A stretch of 64,000 bases of DNA from the human T2T-CHM13v2.0 reference genome, Homo sapiens: NCBI RefSeq assembly GCF_009914755.1, contig NC_060926.1, one strand, 5' to 3'. The number at the start of each line of letters is the position of its first letter. Position 1 is the stretch's first letter. The notes under the pieces are model-generated. The model saw nothing but the letters and a program-made list of their open reading frames with translations, ran no database searches and was not told the origin of the DNA. The position numbers and the translations under genes are program-made. Below, piece by piece: positions 1 to 64,000 of the stretch.

Positions 1-63588
<63,588 letters not shown>

Positions 63589-63933
63589 CTAATTCAAAGT
63601 AAAATAAAAAGTTGATTTGGCATCTCCTTAGGAGTCAGAAAGTTCATACTTGGCTGCCTGCTGGATAAAACCAGCCGTAAAGCAATTAGAAGACGAGAAA
63701 ACTAAAGACCAGGCAATTGAAAGGCCAATTGAGTTTATACTGCCTTGTTTCAGGCAGGAAAATGAGATGGTATAAGGAATCCATGAATAATAAATGTCCC
63801 TTTTCTCAAGTTTTAATCTGAAGTATAAAATAGCCAGATTAATGTCTAATTATTTTATCTGCCATGTATAAATACCATGCATATGAAAAATGAAGCTAAG
63901 AACTTATGGGATTCACTATGCTAAAATATAGTT

Positions 63934-63935
<2 letters not shown>

Positions 63936-63985
<50 letters not shown>
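63936..63985. repeat. (TA)n microsatellite
   Basis: ~25 TA units. Confidence 0.98.
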
Positions 63986-63988
<3 letters not shown>

Positions 63989-64000
63989 CTTGCATAATAC

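Overview
Human genomic DNA: a 64-kb internal part of the titin gene (TTN) on the minus strand. It runs from the end of PEVK / start of the distal I-band Ig series (~63.6 kb) through the I/A junction, six 7-domain D-zone super-repeats and the first 11-domain C-zone super-repeats, into the giant A-band exon that leaves the window at position 1. I delimited 102 GT-AG exons by eye. Numbers 225-326 follow the meta-transcript, anchored on recalled exon sizes (2967-nt exon 304, giant exon 326), and should be verified. Known extras: the Cronos internal promoter and N-terminus before exon 240, plus-strand exons consistent with TTN-AS1, two Alus, two L1 fragments (one twin-primed), MER20/MIR fossils and microsatellites. 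Least explained signals: (i) two short copies of TTN's own sequence re-inserted 1-2 kb away in neighbouring introns, each flanked by 9-10 bp direct repeats with filler on the same side, one retaining an intron; (ii) an inverted Alu pair around 303-nt exon 295, whose back-splice would give a stop-free circular Fn3 ORF; (iii) a latent donor in exon 242 that would make a chimeric Ig domain; (iv) a possible decayed exon in intron 278; (v) a uORF and a MCAT/NKX2-5/MEF2 cluster near the Cronos start. No prokaryotic-type system is present.
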